The notes beneath the pieces are model-generated. The model worked only from the letters and a program-made list of their open reading frames with translations. It made no database searches and was not told the origin of the DNA. A DNA stretch of 64,000 nucleotides, from assembly GCA_028534125.1 (NCBI GenBank), contig CM052838.1, forward strand, positions 64,914,001-64,978,000. Direction: 5' to 3'. The translations under genes and the position numbers were made by a program. The stretch comes from Lama glama. Lineage: Eukaryota. This document shows, one piece after another, positions 13,020 through 24,010 of the stretch (its first letter is position 1; every line of letters begins with the position of its first letter).

Positions 13020-13350
13020 CCGGCTGGAGGGTTTGCTAGGCACACTTTCTCTTGTTAAAAAGAATTCTTCCAAAGTCAGGAACTGTATGAACTTCATTAA
13101 GTTTGTTATGAAATGTTCTTTAAGCTTTTGTTGGCATCGTCAGACGGTGCGTCTCCATTAACTCCAAGGCCATCTGATGACGCAGAGCGTATTAAAATGC
13201 TTCCTGACCTCATGTGCCCTGAACGCTCTCTCCACTGACTCACCGCACGGTCGCCTGGATTTGCTAGGAGTATGTTCAGGATATTTGTTTACGTGTATAA
13301 TTGGCCTTGGTCTTTAGTTTTCTATCTTAATATCTGTCATATTTTCCAAG
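13020..13350 (-). mobile_element. Degenerate L1 ORF2 fragment
   Basis: GATTTGCTAGGAGTATGTTCAGGATATTTG...TTGGTCTTTAGTTTTCT resembles the antisense L1 RT region. Confidence 0.5.
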
Positions 13351-13870
13351 CCTTAAACTTTACGATAATTAGTGAAAAGGCATAGCCATCATAATGTAAA
13401 GCCTGACAAAATTAGACACATCCCAATGAAAGGCGCCTACATTACTCATGTGAAAAAAGCAATTTTATTTATTAATGCTACACGCAAATGCTTACTAAGC
13501 AGCACTTTACGAGTGTTTTTCTGATTATCAGAGTTCTGCCAGGTGACAACTGGTGAGGACGCCGTTGTACCGGAGACACACAAAGGCACACGCGGATGTA
13601 GACGTGCAGCCGTGACTTCAGAGTTTCTTATTTCATCAAATCCGTGTGAAGCGGCTGCAAGGCAAACATTGTGCTACGTGCTGGCAGCTCAAAGACTGAG
13701 AAGAGGCAGGACAAGCTCTTCCTTGACAAGTCAAGTCTCCACTCCATTAACATGGAGACAGAACATGAAAACCAAAGTGACATCAAATGGGTCAGGTGAC
13801 AATTAATTCCTTCAGACAAGGAGGTTTGGGTGTCTGCTCCAGGCCAGGCACAAACCTGGTGCTGAATGAC

Positions 13871-13905
13871 ATGCGTGTCTGTGTGTGTGTGTGTGTGTGC
13901 GTGTG
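13871..13905. repeat. (TG)n microsatellite
   Basis: Direct observation. Confidence 0.9.
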
Positions 13906-14703
13906 TCCAGTCTTAATTTAAATTTTGAAAATAACACAGCAATGACCTGGGCTGACAGAGCAGTTTGTGTCGTTGCCTTTTGAAATGGGATTAGGCAAAA
14001 CAATCTCACTGACTGTGAAGACAGCACAGACGGAAAGAGAAATGCTATGGACGTGCCCACTGAACTCACCGGAGCTGTGGACAGACGGACGGAGGAGAGT
14101 GAGCTTCAGGGGCCCAGCCGCACGCGGCCCCCGGAAGTCCTCCCCGACCTCCCTCCCACCGGGGGACGAAGGTTAGTGACCGTCACACACTGGCCAGCTT
14201 CTTGGAACCCAGAGGAGACTTCAGGCTGTGCTTAATTCACACCATCTACACGTCATCAAGGATCCTTTTCAGCCTCCTGAATGTCGGAGCTGTTCACCGC
14301 TTCACTCCTCAGAGGAGTGCCCGTGGGACTTCATCACCGCCCCTCTGCCGTCTCACCGAGGACGCCCAGTGGAGGGAATGGTCACCTTGGCCGCGCACAG
14401 ATGTTCCCCACAAGCGGGAAAAGGCGGAGTCAGCCCCCGCCCCCCCCCACGAGCTGACACCATCCTGCATCAACCAGCAGCTGCTTCTTGCTAATGAGCT
14501 CTAAGCACGAAGAAATCCACCTTCGCAGCTGCCACACGCGACTTGGCCAAGGGCCCGCCACCAGCGCCAGGAGAAGCCAGGCCCGGGAGGAAGGCCTGGA
14601 AGAGTGTCCTGGTTCCTCGTGCAGCTGGTCATGGCCTGAGTCGTGAGGACCTCTTGAGACTAGAAGACCATCAACCCTGCATGTAGTTAAACACCCTTCC
14701 TTT

Positions 14704-15203
14704 NNNNNNNNNNNNNNNNNNNNNNNNNNNNNNNNNNNNNNNNNNNNNNNNNNNNNNNNNNNNNNNNNNNNNNNNNNNNNNNNNNNNNNNNNNNNNNNNN
14801 NNNNNNNNNNNNNNNNNNNNNNNNNNNNNNNNNNNNNNNNNNNNNNNNNNNNNNNNNNNNNNNNNNNNNNNNNNNNNNNNNNNNNNNNNNNNNNNNNNNN
14901 NNNNNNNNNNNNNNNNNNNNNNNNNNNNNNNNNNNNNNNNNNNNNNNNNNNNNNNNNNNNNNNNNNNNNNNNNNNNNNNNNNNNNNNNNNNNNNNNNNNN
15001 NNNNNNNNNNNNNNNNNNNNNNNNNNNNNNNNNNNNNNNNNNNNNNNNNNNNNNNNNNNNNNNNNNNNNNNNNNNNNNNNNNNNNNNNNNNNNNNNNNNN
15101 NNNNNNNNNNNNNNNNNNNNNNNNNNNNNNNNNNNNNNNNNNNNNNNNNNNNNNNNNNNNNNNNNNNNNNNNNNNNNNNNNNNNNNNNNNNNNNNNNNNN
15201 NNN
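14704..15203. other. Assembly gap (500 N)
   Basis: Run of N. The round length suggests a placeholder size. Confidence 0.99.
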
Positions 15204-15204
15204 G

Positions 15205-15710
15205 TGTCAACTGAGATACAAGGCACAGCCTAGAAGTCGAGAGCTATGCTCCATTGGGTGGGCGTTTCTGAGGACTGGAGCCCCTGGAGCCTCGGATGGA
15301 GGCCTCTCAGATCCCTCTGAGGGACGGCTCCACAGAGGCAGGACACGTGGGGGTTTTTACAGCAAAGACCAGGCAGTCAGAATATCAAGAGGTGACTGTT
15401 AATTAAAGAAACTCAGACGTGCCCAGGTGAGGAACTTAGCGCTTTGCTATGTACGGGAGGGCGCAAAGGTCTGGGCTCCCTGAAATCACTCCTCTGATGG
15501 GCACCGGAGCTGCCGGGGCCAGTGTCCTGTGCTTTCCCGTCCTGCATCCCCTTGGGGGCACTGCTGGGGGCGGCCGCAGAGGCTGGGCTGCCTGCTGGTC
15601 TCCATCCTGAGCCCCCTCCGCTCACAGTCGGGGGCAGGGGCAGCGGCTGATGACCTGATGGCCACAGCGTCCTTTGTTTACTGATACGGCTGCGATGTTT
15701 TTCTATCACA
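15205..15710 (-). mobile_element. ERV1 LTR, MER41-like artiodactyl family
   Basis: TG...CA termini (TGTCAACTGA ... TCTATCACA). Internal GCAAAGACCAGG, ACTGTTAATTAAAGAAA, TTAGCGCTTT, CTGGGCTCCCTGAAATCA and CCTTTGTTTACTGATA match the recalled consensus. Left flank lost in the gap. Confidence 0.8.
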
Positions 15711-17319
15711 CACACGTGTGTGTGTGGGTATGTGAGAGAGAGAAGAGACTGACTGGCGATGCATCTCCCAGGACGTTCGGGCAGCCTGAGTGATGGTGGA
15801 AAGGGGTCCAGCCCTGCCTTTGGGAGTCAGGATCGGAAAGCATCCCAGGCTGGGCCTGACCGTCTTTCTGGGGGTGCGGTGTGTGCTGCTGGAGCCTGGT
15901 GTCCCCAGGGCAGCTTCCTCCAGTAGCCGCGGGATGTGGGCTAGGGACGCCCGGGCACAGGATGGCAGGGCCCACATCATAAAGCGTTTTCTTCTGCCTC
16001 CATCACCGCTTCCCTTTCCTAAAAGTGGTGGCTGAATTTATCGCCTGTTGGAAACGTAACACAACTGAGCCAAGCGATGCCCCAAGCCGCCTTGTCCTTC
16101 CAACCGCGTCCCATCTGCTTTGCCTCTTCGCTGCGCAGTTTTTCCCAGGATCTGCCGATGGAGGCCGTGGCTCCTGGAACTCATTATCAGAGCCGGAGTC
16201 TGATCCGAAATCTTCAGGCTCTAATTCCTCATATTAAAAACAAACGCAGCCAATTTTATTACTTGAACTTCAACTTTAAATTGGAAAAACTTTAATGGCT
16301 GTGGTCGATCAGGCTCAGTGCAGGAGGGAAAAGAAAAATCGTTTAGAAGTTCCAGGTGCTGCCTCGCATTGAGCTAATGACACTCACCTGCAGCCCCACG
16401 TGAACAAATCCAACCCTTAATTATGTTTTTAATGAAGACTGGAAGGCTTTAGGGAATGGGTTGTGTGTTGTTTGCATTTCTAAAGAAAAGTCCCTGAACA
16501 GAGGCAAGGCTGCCCTGCCCAGAGGAGCCGGCGGGGCACGGGACAGTGCCTCCTCCTCCGGCTTCTCCTTCAGACCCGGAGCCTTGTCCTCCACCCTCCA
16601 TCCTGCACCCCGCAGGGCTGGGCTGGCAGTCACCCCTGCCGCGGACCATGGACACTTCTCTAACTTTGCACGCCCCCACCACACACCGTTTAATTTTCCC
16701 CTGAAGACAGGAAGAAAGGGGGTGCAGGGTAGAGACCTGGGGCCCAAATGCCCACGTGCTTGGTTCACAGGGCAGCCAGGGCTCCCTGCTGAGGTGGGGG
16801 AGCAGCTCCTGTCACCTTCGCTGACTGTGTCCTCCTCCCCCTTGTCCCCCTCCCCCCCCTTCGGAGGAGCCCCGCCCTTGAACCCTTGTGGCAGCACCAC
16901 ATCTCTCCCCCTCACTTGCACACCTGCCCCAGGTCTCTGGCGTGGAGAAAATGCTCATTACTCCACCGAAAGAGTGAATCAGATGTGTCCTCTGGGGAGG
17001 TGCTGAATTCAGTCTGAGCCAGGTTTAGCTGTGGTGACCCCTGCAAGGCAGAGTGGAAGGTCGTGTGGGCTCTGGGAGGGGTGCACTGGGGAGCAGGGGC
17101 GGGCGCGGGGCCCAGAGACACAGGCCCGGCCCACCTGGTAAACGTGGTCAGAGGGCAGACTCCGAGGGTGGGGAGGCCCTGGGGGACGGACCCTAAGTGG
17201 GTGCGAATGGCTGTGTCCTTCCAGCACTGACTCAGGGCCACCCTCGCCCTGGACCAGGGCTGGAGGCACAGGGAAGTGGCAGAGAAGGCCTGCGGAGATC
17301 CAGTCCGCGACTTCCCTCA

Positions 17320-17860
17320 TCACCACGTGCACCAGTGAGTGATGGAGACGCTCGCTCAGGGAGCACACGGAGAACCACCACGCTTTGTGGAACACAAGGC
17401 AGAGGACAAACCAGGGCAGCGGGGACACTGTATTCAGGACTCGGTGCTGGAGGCGTGAAGGCCGGAGGCAGGTTCCCGGGTGCGCGTGGGCACAGCCGAG
17501 CAGAAGGAGGGGCAGAGATGGAATCCCTAACTAGCAGGAGCGCGCTCTCTCAGTCGAGGACCTTCACACGTGAGCGTAGAACGGTCATCCCAGGGAACGA
17601 GCAACGCTGAGAGCTGCTCGAGGGCTGTCTTTACTTGTACTGAAGCAGAGAAGAGGTCTAACATCAAGAGAGAGATTCAGCGGCTGGAAGGGGTGAAGCC
17701 GAGGTTCCCCTGGTCTTGGGCTGACGTGGGGGGAGCCAGGCACCTGGTCGAGGGCAGAACCTGCAGACGCTAGACGCTGAGGAAGGACGGGCCAAAGCCG
17801 GAGAGGGAGGGCCCTGCAGGGGGACGGGGCCTGAGGGACGCGGAGAGCCTTGTGTCGCAC
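17320..17860 (-). mobile_element. Possible L2 fragment
   Basis: Purine-rich, degenerate sequence with L2-antisense character. No diagnostic terminus. Confidence 0.35.
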
Positions 17861-18384
17861 GTCAGCCGAGCGGAGCGGCTGGGGCTGGGGCTGTTGGGTG
17901 TGCCAGATGTCTGTCCCCTCGTCGTGTTCAGTTATCTCCACTTCACAGCTGCAACCAGCCCTTCTGACCAGATGGACAAACAGATGTAGCGGAGCCAACG
18001 TGGCTCCCGTGTGATGAACGGCCCGCGCTGGGCGGGAGGAGTCCAGGAGGCCACTCTTCAGTGTGGAGGCTTCCGGAATCCTCTGGGGGCAGCAAGGAAA
18101 GTAGGTTTCTGTTTCTGTAACCTGGTTACCACACTGTTCAACAAACATCCCTAAGGAGAGCGGAGAGCGGACCACCGTTCAGTGCGTTCTTCCGGCCTCT
18201 GCGAGTCGCTGTTAGCACGAGTCAGGCTCAAACTGCCCGGGAAATGAACGCTCCCGGGGGCAGGACTGCGCGTGCCGGCGTCACTCCGGGCTGTGTGGGC
18301 ACCTTCACGGGAACCTCAGCCTTCCCGGCCGCCCCCAGAGGCGGATTCCGGAGTGGGCTTCCCGTGACAGCCCCAGCGAGGCAG

Positions 18385-18900
18385 GAATGATTAACAAGCG
18401 TGCCTCTCGCCCCTGGAATTACACACCTAGACAGATGTGGCAGGCTGCAACGTGCTGGAAAATATTTTTAATAATTACCTGCGTGAAGTCCCAAGGACCT
18501 ATTGGAAGTGATCTATTTAAATGTCAATGCCATTCATCTTTAACGAGAAAACAAAACCTTTCGGCACTATTAGTCTTTGGAATTACAGAACACATTGGTT
18601 GATAGTCTGTCATTTTCAAAACCAAATAAGGAAAGACCATTAAAAAGCTGAATTTGATATAATTTGCCTGGCCCGGGTCTCCGGGAATGCGCTGCCGCCA
18701 TCTGTAGCTGCTGCTAGTTAGTTAGTGGCAATGTCACCATCATGATGGATAGCTCAATAAAGCCATGCCAGCTGGCAAAACACATTTTAGGGATTCAGGC
18801 CGTGTAAGTTAGATCAAAAAATTATCAAGATAGATAGCATGATCGGAAAATAGAAGAGTTTTTGATCTGATGCTGAGAATCCAGTGTTCTACATTACTTT
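18385..18900. promoter_or_regulatory. Candidate enhancer (AT-rich unique island)
   Basis: Perfect CArG box CCAAATAAGG (18622-18631), E-boxes CAGATG/CATCTG/CAGCTG, several TAAT/ATTA cores. No repeat recognised. Confidence 0.45.
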
Positions 18901-20729
18901 TTCTCAAGGGGCAGGAAACAAGGTGTCGGCACATAGGAGAGTGGACAAGCACGCAGGCGAGGCCTCTGCTGGGTTAAAGACCCCGGCCTGGGCTGCATGA
19001 ATCTGCAACAGAACCCAGGCCCCAGTCTCTCCCCAAACCAGAGCCCCCGTTTCCTCATCTTAAGTCCCCTGGACCACAGTGCTTTGCCGGGGGCGGTAAA
19101 GGGCCGTCAGGGTAACCAGAAGGCTGTTTGCAAAACTTGTACCTCCTCCCCTTCGTCCCCTCGACACTGTAAATCTGTCACGACAAAGAAGTAACTGAGT
19201 TGGAAGTAGAGGCTCAGTGGTTGGCGAAGCTTCCCCAAATCTACAGGGAGGTCTGGACCAACAGGCACCGACTCAGTGGATTTGATGTCATTGTCCACCA
19301 TCGTGGGAGAGTTCGGGGAGATGTGTCTGCAGGGGCTTGTGACTTACTCAGAAGCCATTCGGTGTGGACAGACAGACAGCCATTTCAGAGAGGAGATGTT
19401 CCTTCAACGCTCTGCACGTGGTTTCTGAGCCACTGCCTTGTGTTGGGGACCATTTTGGTGTCAGAAATACTACCATCAGGTGGGGAGAAAAAAAGGAAAA
19501 AATCCCTGACCACTGGGCATGGGCCACGCTGCACTTTTTATATAATTTGTCATTATGCATATACAGTCATTTTATATATAATTATAAAGGAATAATTTAC
19601 AACATAAATTAATACAATAACTCCATAATCACATGGTATTAAATAAAGCTTACACTGAATTTCTGCAGGTTGGAGGTGAGTTTTGTGCTCTGAGGAGAGG
19701 CTGTTCCTGGGTCTGCTGGGGTGCGTCCTCCCGTCTCTGACCCTGAAGCTTCCGACCCTCGACTCTTGTATGAAGGACGTAAGTGACCCCCAGGCCAGGG
19801 TCAGGGAGACGTACCACACCCTCCACTTCAAATGCCCGAGATGGTCTTCACGGCAAATCTGATTCATTGCTTGGGTTGGCGCGTGAGCTTCTGCCTCCCT
19901 CCCAGGATTCTGTCCTCCCCGTTTTGTCACTTGGAGAAGAGCACGCGATGGGCCCCGCGGAAGCAGCTCTGAGGTGTCGTCGCCCCGCACAGCGCGGGCT
20001 CACAGCCTCCGGCTCTTTGACACACATTCACACTGTACCAAGCACGTTGATTAAAATGCTGCGTTTAAGCAAGGGCTTGGGGTGTTGAGATCCTTGAAAA
20101 TAACGTGTCGGCTCAACGCAGCATCAAAATTCAGGCAATTACTCCACTTCTTAGTGTGGAGCACGATTATAAGGAAAACTCTGTATTTCTCACAAATCAA
20201 CATCTCTGACGTGAAAAGGAACGTACGTGTGTGTACGTGTGACTGAGACGCGCTGCACACCAGAGACTGACACAGCAGTGCAGACTGACTGGACTTCAGT
20301 TAAAAAAAAAGGAAGGGAAAAAAGCTTCTAAATTCTCTGGAAGACGGCAGGTTCCCGTGAGGAGGCGGGAGAGCGAAGACACAGGAAGCAGCGCAGAGGG
20401 CGCGGGCGGCAGACGGGGCGCGGGGCCCGCCGCACACGCTGGTGCCGCCGCGACCTTCCAGGCTCTGCTGCGTCCGCGCTTGTCCCTCTGGAGCCACAAA
20501 CCCCAACCTGAGAGGCAGACGTGCTCCTCAGACCCGGGGCCCCTGTGTCCGGGAGCGGGAAGAGCTGATGGGCACCTCCCGCCCAGAGGTTCCCCACAGC
20601 CGAACGACTGGTTTGGGTTTTTTTCTTTCTGCCCCAGTTTAGAAATGAGATGGGGAGGAGAAAACCTGGTCAAGTGAAGCACAAGGCCGTTCTCCCCAGA
20701 GGCCGAGCTCTCTGTGGTCACCGAGGGCC

Positions 20730-20745
20730 CCGGCAGAGGGCGCTG
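20730..20745 (+). promoter_or_regulatory. Candidate CTCF site
   Basis: CCGGCAGAGGGCGCTG fits CCRSYAGRKGGCRS at all positions. GC-rich background raises the false-positive rate. Confidence 0.35.
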
Positions 20746-21604
20746 GGCGCAGCTCCACCCCAGGGACGCCCACCAGGAGGCCACGGCTGGGTCCACACGC
20801 GAGTGAGGCTGCAGTTTCGCCCCCAGACCTGGGCTGGCCGGGTGCCGGGCTCTGCAGTCTTCCTCTCTCTGCAGGAGCACGAGTGGGTCCTGACGCCAAG
20901 GGGTCCACTCTCCCAGGCCCCCCTGGCCTCCCCCGTTGCTGGAGGACATCCGACAGCAGTGGGCTTCAGGGCAGCAGCTGGCAGCGGGCACCCCCTCGGC
21001 CTGGCTGGGGAGGAGGTGCCCTGGAAGGCTGGCTGGGACCCCTTCTCCTGAAGGGGTTCCTGCCTCTGGATGTGAAAATAAGAGTGAAGCGGTGATTCTG
21101 CGGTGTCTGCTGGCCTCTGGGATTCCAGATGGTAGATTCAAATGCCGCGGAGCCGGGTCACACGCTCCCCTCTCTTCTTCCCTGTGCGGTGGAAACACCA
21201 TTCTTCGCTTTGAGGTTGTCTTAAGGACATGACACAATCAGGTGCCCCCACATGCAGCTCTTGTAAAATCAGCCACAGAGAGGCCAGGCACCAGAGACGG
21301 CCAGTCCCCAGCAGCTCATCCCAGGACCTGATTCATCTCCACCGCAAGCGGCACTCCCCGACCTGCCGCCCGTGCAGCCTTCCGCTAGCGGGAGCGACTT
21401 CTGCGAATGTGTGGGCGCCCCCCCCGCCCCGGGACTGGCCAGTGGACCACAGGATGCAAGTGCTGCCAGAAACCGGCTGCTGCTTCCAGCGCTGGAGAGT
21501 CTCCCCGGGCAGAGATGGTTGGCAGCCGGAGAACCAACCAGACTCGTCACATAATGAGAGATGATTCAGTGGACGGCCCGCCCCTCCCAATCCTTCAGCT
21601 CTAA

Positions 21605-21685
21605 CACAGGCGTGTGCACACACGCACACATGCACTCACCCCCCACACACGTGCACACACGCACGGGCACGCACACAGATGCACA
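21605..21685. repeat. Degenerate (CA)n-rich tract
   Basis: Direct observation. Confidence 0.8.
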
Positions 21686-23859
21686 GGGGGTCTCTGAAGA
21701 GGAAAACTGCAGGTCGGGACTCCAGTGAGTCCAAGAGCCAAGAGAGGGTCGCCCCATTGTGTCTGTGGGCCGAGGCATTTCCGGAATTGGCGTGGAGATC
21801 CCAGAGGTTAGTCGAGCCACCGGGGAGCCATCCAGAGATGGAGATGATTCTGGAACGGCTGCTCCTGGGGCTCCCAGAGAAGTAGGAGCATGAGGAGGGA
21901 CCGCTGCCTGACGCAGCGCAGCCCCCTGAGGGCAGCCCTGCTCAGCCCCTCGCCTGACTTTCCTAGACACCTGCCAGGCGCTGGGCCAGGGCCAGGTGGC
22001 CGCCGAGCTCCCGCCCGGCCCGCAACAGCCCCGAGGCCGGCTGTTACGGTCGGCCCCGCTGGCGCGGTGCTCTGCCCTGCAGAGAGGCAGCTGCTGAGCG
22101 CCAGAGAACTGTGGTCGTGCTCAGGGGACCCTCCCCACAGGTGGGCCGGGCTTCTGGGTCCGAACAGAACACAGCCTCCACTCCACTGTGTTCCCTGTGG
22201 TCCGGGCCCCCCTGGAGCTTCCCATCAGGCCCTGCTCTGACCCTGCCGCACCTGGTCCTCTTGCGCTCTCCCTCCACTGCGCCTCACCCCTGCACTGGGT
22301 CCCGCGGAGCTAGCCTGCCTGGGGGTGCTTATCCCACCGCGGCCCCCTGCCTAGGTTCCCTCCCCTCCACAGCTCGGGCTGCCCCGGGGCATGTGGTGGC
22401 CCAGGCTCCAGACTCATTTCGTATTCGGGGGGCACAAAGGTGGGAGAACTCAATCCCAGCTGGACGGCTGCCGCTGGCTGTTTGTCCCGAATTGCTTGGC
22501 CATCTGTGTCTGCAAACTTACAGAGAGAGCCTGGCGGTCAACAAGCTCACAGTGACCCCACCCCAAGTCACAGTGGAGCCCCAGGCCACCGCTGCGTGCC
22601 TGCGTGGGCTCGGCCGTGCTGCTTAGCCCCCGAGTCTAAAGGTGTGGATTGTATGACCCACAGCAGGAGGCTGTTAGAGACACTAAACAGTTTAAAATAC
22701 AGATTTGGGTGCCTGGCTCATAGTAAGCACTCAAAAAGGCAGATTCCCTGCCAGGGGTGCACAGATGCCCCCGCTGGCTCCGGGCTCAAGGATGCAGAGG
22801 TACCCCTGCTCGGAGGCGGTCACGGCACCAGACTCCATGGCTCTGCCTCTCGCTTCGTTGCTGGACTTGGTTACTCAGATACTCACCCTTGAGTCCGCCA
22901 ACCTGAGAGCATCTGCCTGCACAGCGAAGAGCAGCCTTCACTCTCATGGGTCACCAAGAAGGAGAGACTGTCCCCTCTCGCTTCCTCTAATTCCAGTTGG
23001 GACTTTTGAGGAAACCAAGTCTGATTTGAAACCTGGACGAGCCAAATCATTCATTATTTGTTCAAATCTGCACTTGTTGGGACCTGGGATAACAATGGTC
23101 TGTCTTCAGCGGTCTTAAAAGCACCGAGGAACAGCCACGCTGTCTTGCTCCCGTCCCCAACCTCACCTGCCATTCCTCTCTACCGTCTTCCAAAATCACG
23201 CTGCTGTGCCACCATGGTGACGGCCGCCGGCAGGGACAGCCTTTCAGCGCCTGGTCTCCCCCCTTACGCTGAGGATCTTTGATCGTCCAAGCCCCCAGGA
23301 TTCAGGCTGCTTTTCCCGTGGTCCAGATGGTGCCCAGAGGACTTTCTGCTTTGATTCAAATGCCTGCACTCGTTCTTGGCTACAGAAAAGTTTTTCCCTT
23401 TATGTTCGTTTCTGTGTGGTTTTCTGAATATAAGTGTGCGTTCCATTATCATAATTGTTTGGCTTTTAACACACTTTAGCCAACGTGCAAGTTACTTATT
23501 CTAAAATATTTAACAAACTGTCACTCTCTCCCGGTAGAACGCCCGTGGTGTGAGCTGCCGCAGAAATGCACGGCAGCGAGACACCGTCCTTCTGACTACA
23601 AGCGGGTTCAGTTAACTCCAGGAAAATAAATTCTTGGCAGTAGAAGTTGCTGGCATTGTGACAAAATGCCTGTAAGTAGCCAGATTACCGAGACAGGGGG
23701 CCAGCGTTTATGACAATTACGGTGTAGGACCGACGGTTTAACTTCACACGTCAACTGCCCACCAGGAAGCAGGTAATGACTGGTGATGCAGAGGAAGTTG
23801 GGGGGGTCTCGGATGCAGACAGGGGACCAGGGAGCGAGGGGCCGCTGCAGCCACGAGCC

Positions 23860-24010
23860 TGTGACCCTCCTCTCCAATATGTTCTTTATGGAGAGAAATA
23901 AGATGCTGTGTTGACCGCAGCCTCCAAAGACGGTTTCGCCCTGTTCCAGCCCACGAAGGTGTCCCAGCAGCGAGGGCTCCCTGACCCACACCCTCGCCAC
24001 CAAGCGTTAC
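23860..24010 (-). mobile_element. Old L1 3' ORF2 fragment
   Basis: GCCTCCAAAGACGGTT...CCCAGCAGCGAGGG...CCCACACCCTCGCCACCA resembles antisense L1ME. Confidence 0.45.

Noticed and set aside
13134-13183. Imperfect hairpin as a pre-miRNA
   Set aside because: 14-bp stem with two mismatches, inside a decayed L1. Too weak.
14671-15226. Poly-X ORFs
   Set aside because: Artefact of the N gap.
20296-21237. Longest ORF (313 aa, minus)
   Set aside because: Pro/Ala/Gly/Ser/Arg-rich with no recognisable domain and overlapping ORFs on both strands, as expected by chance in GC-rich DNA.
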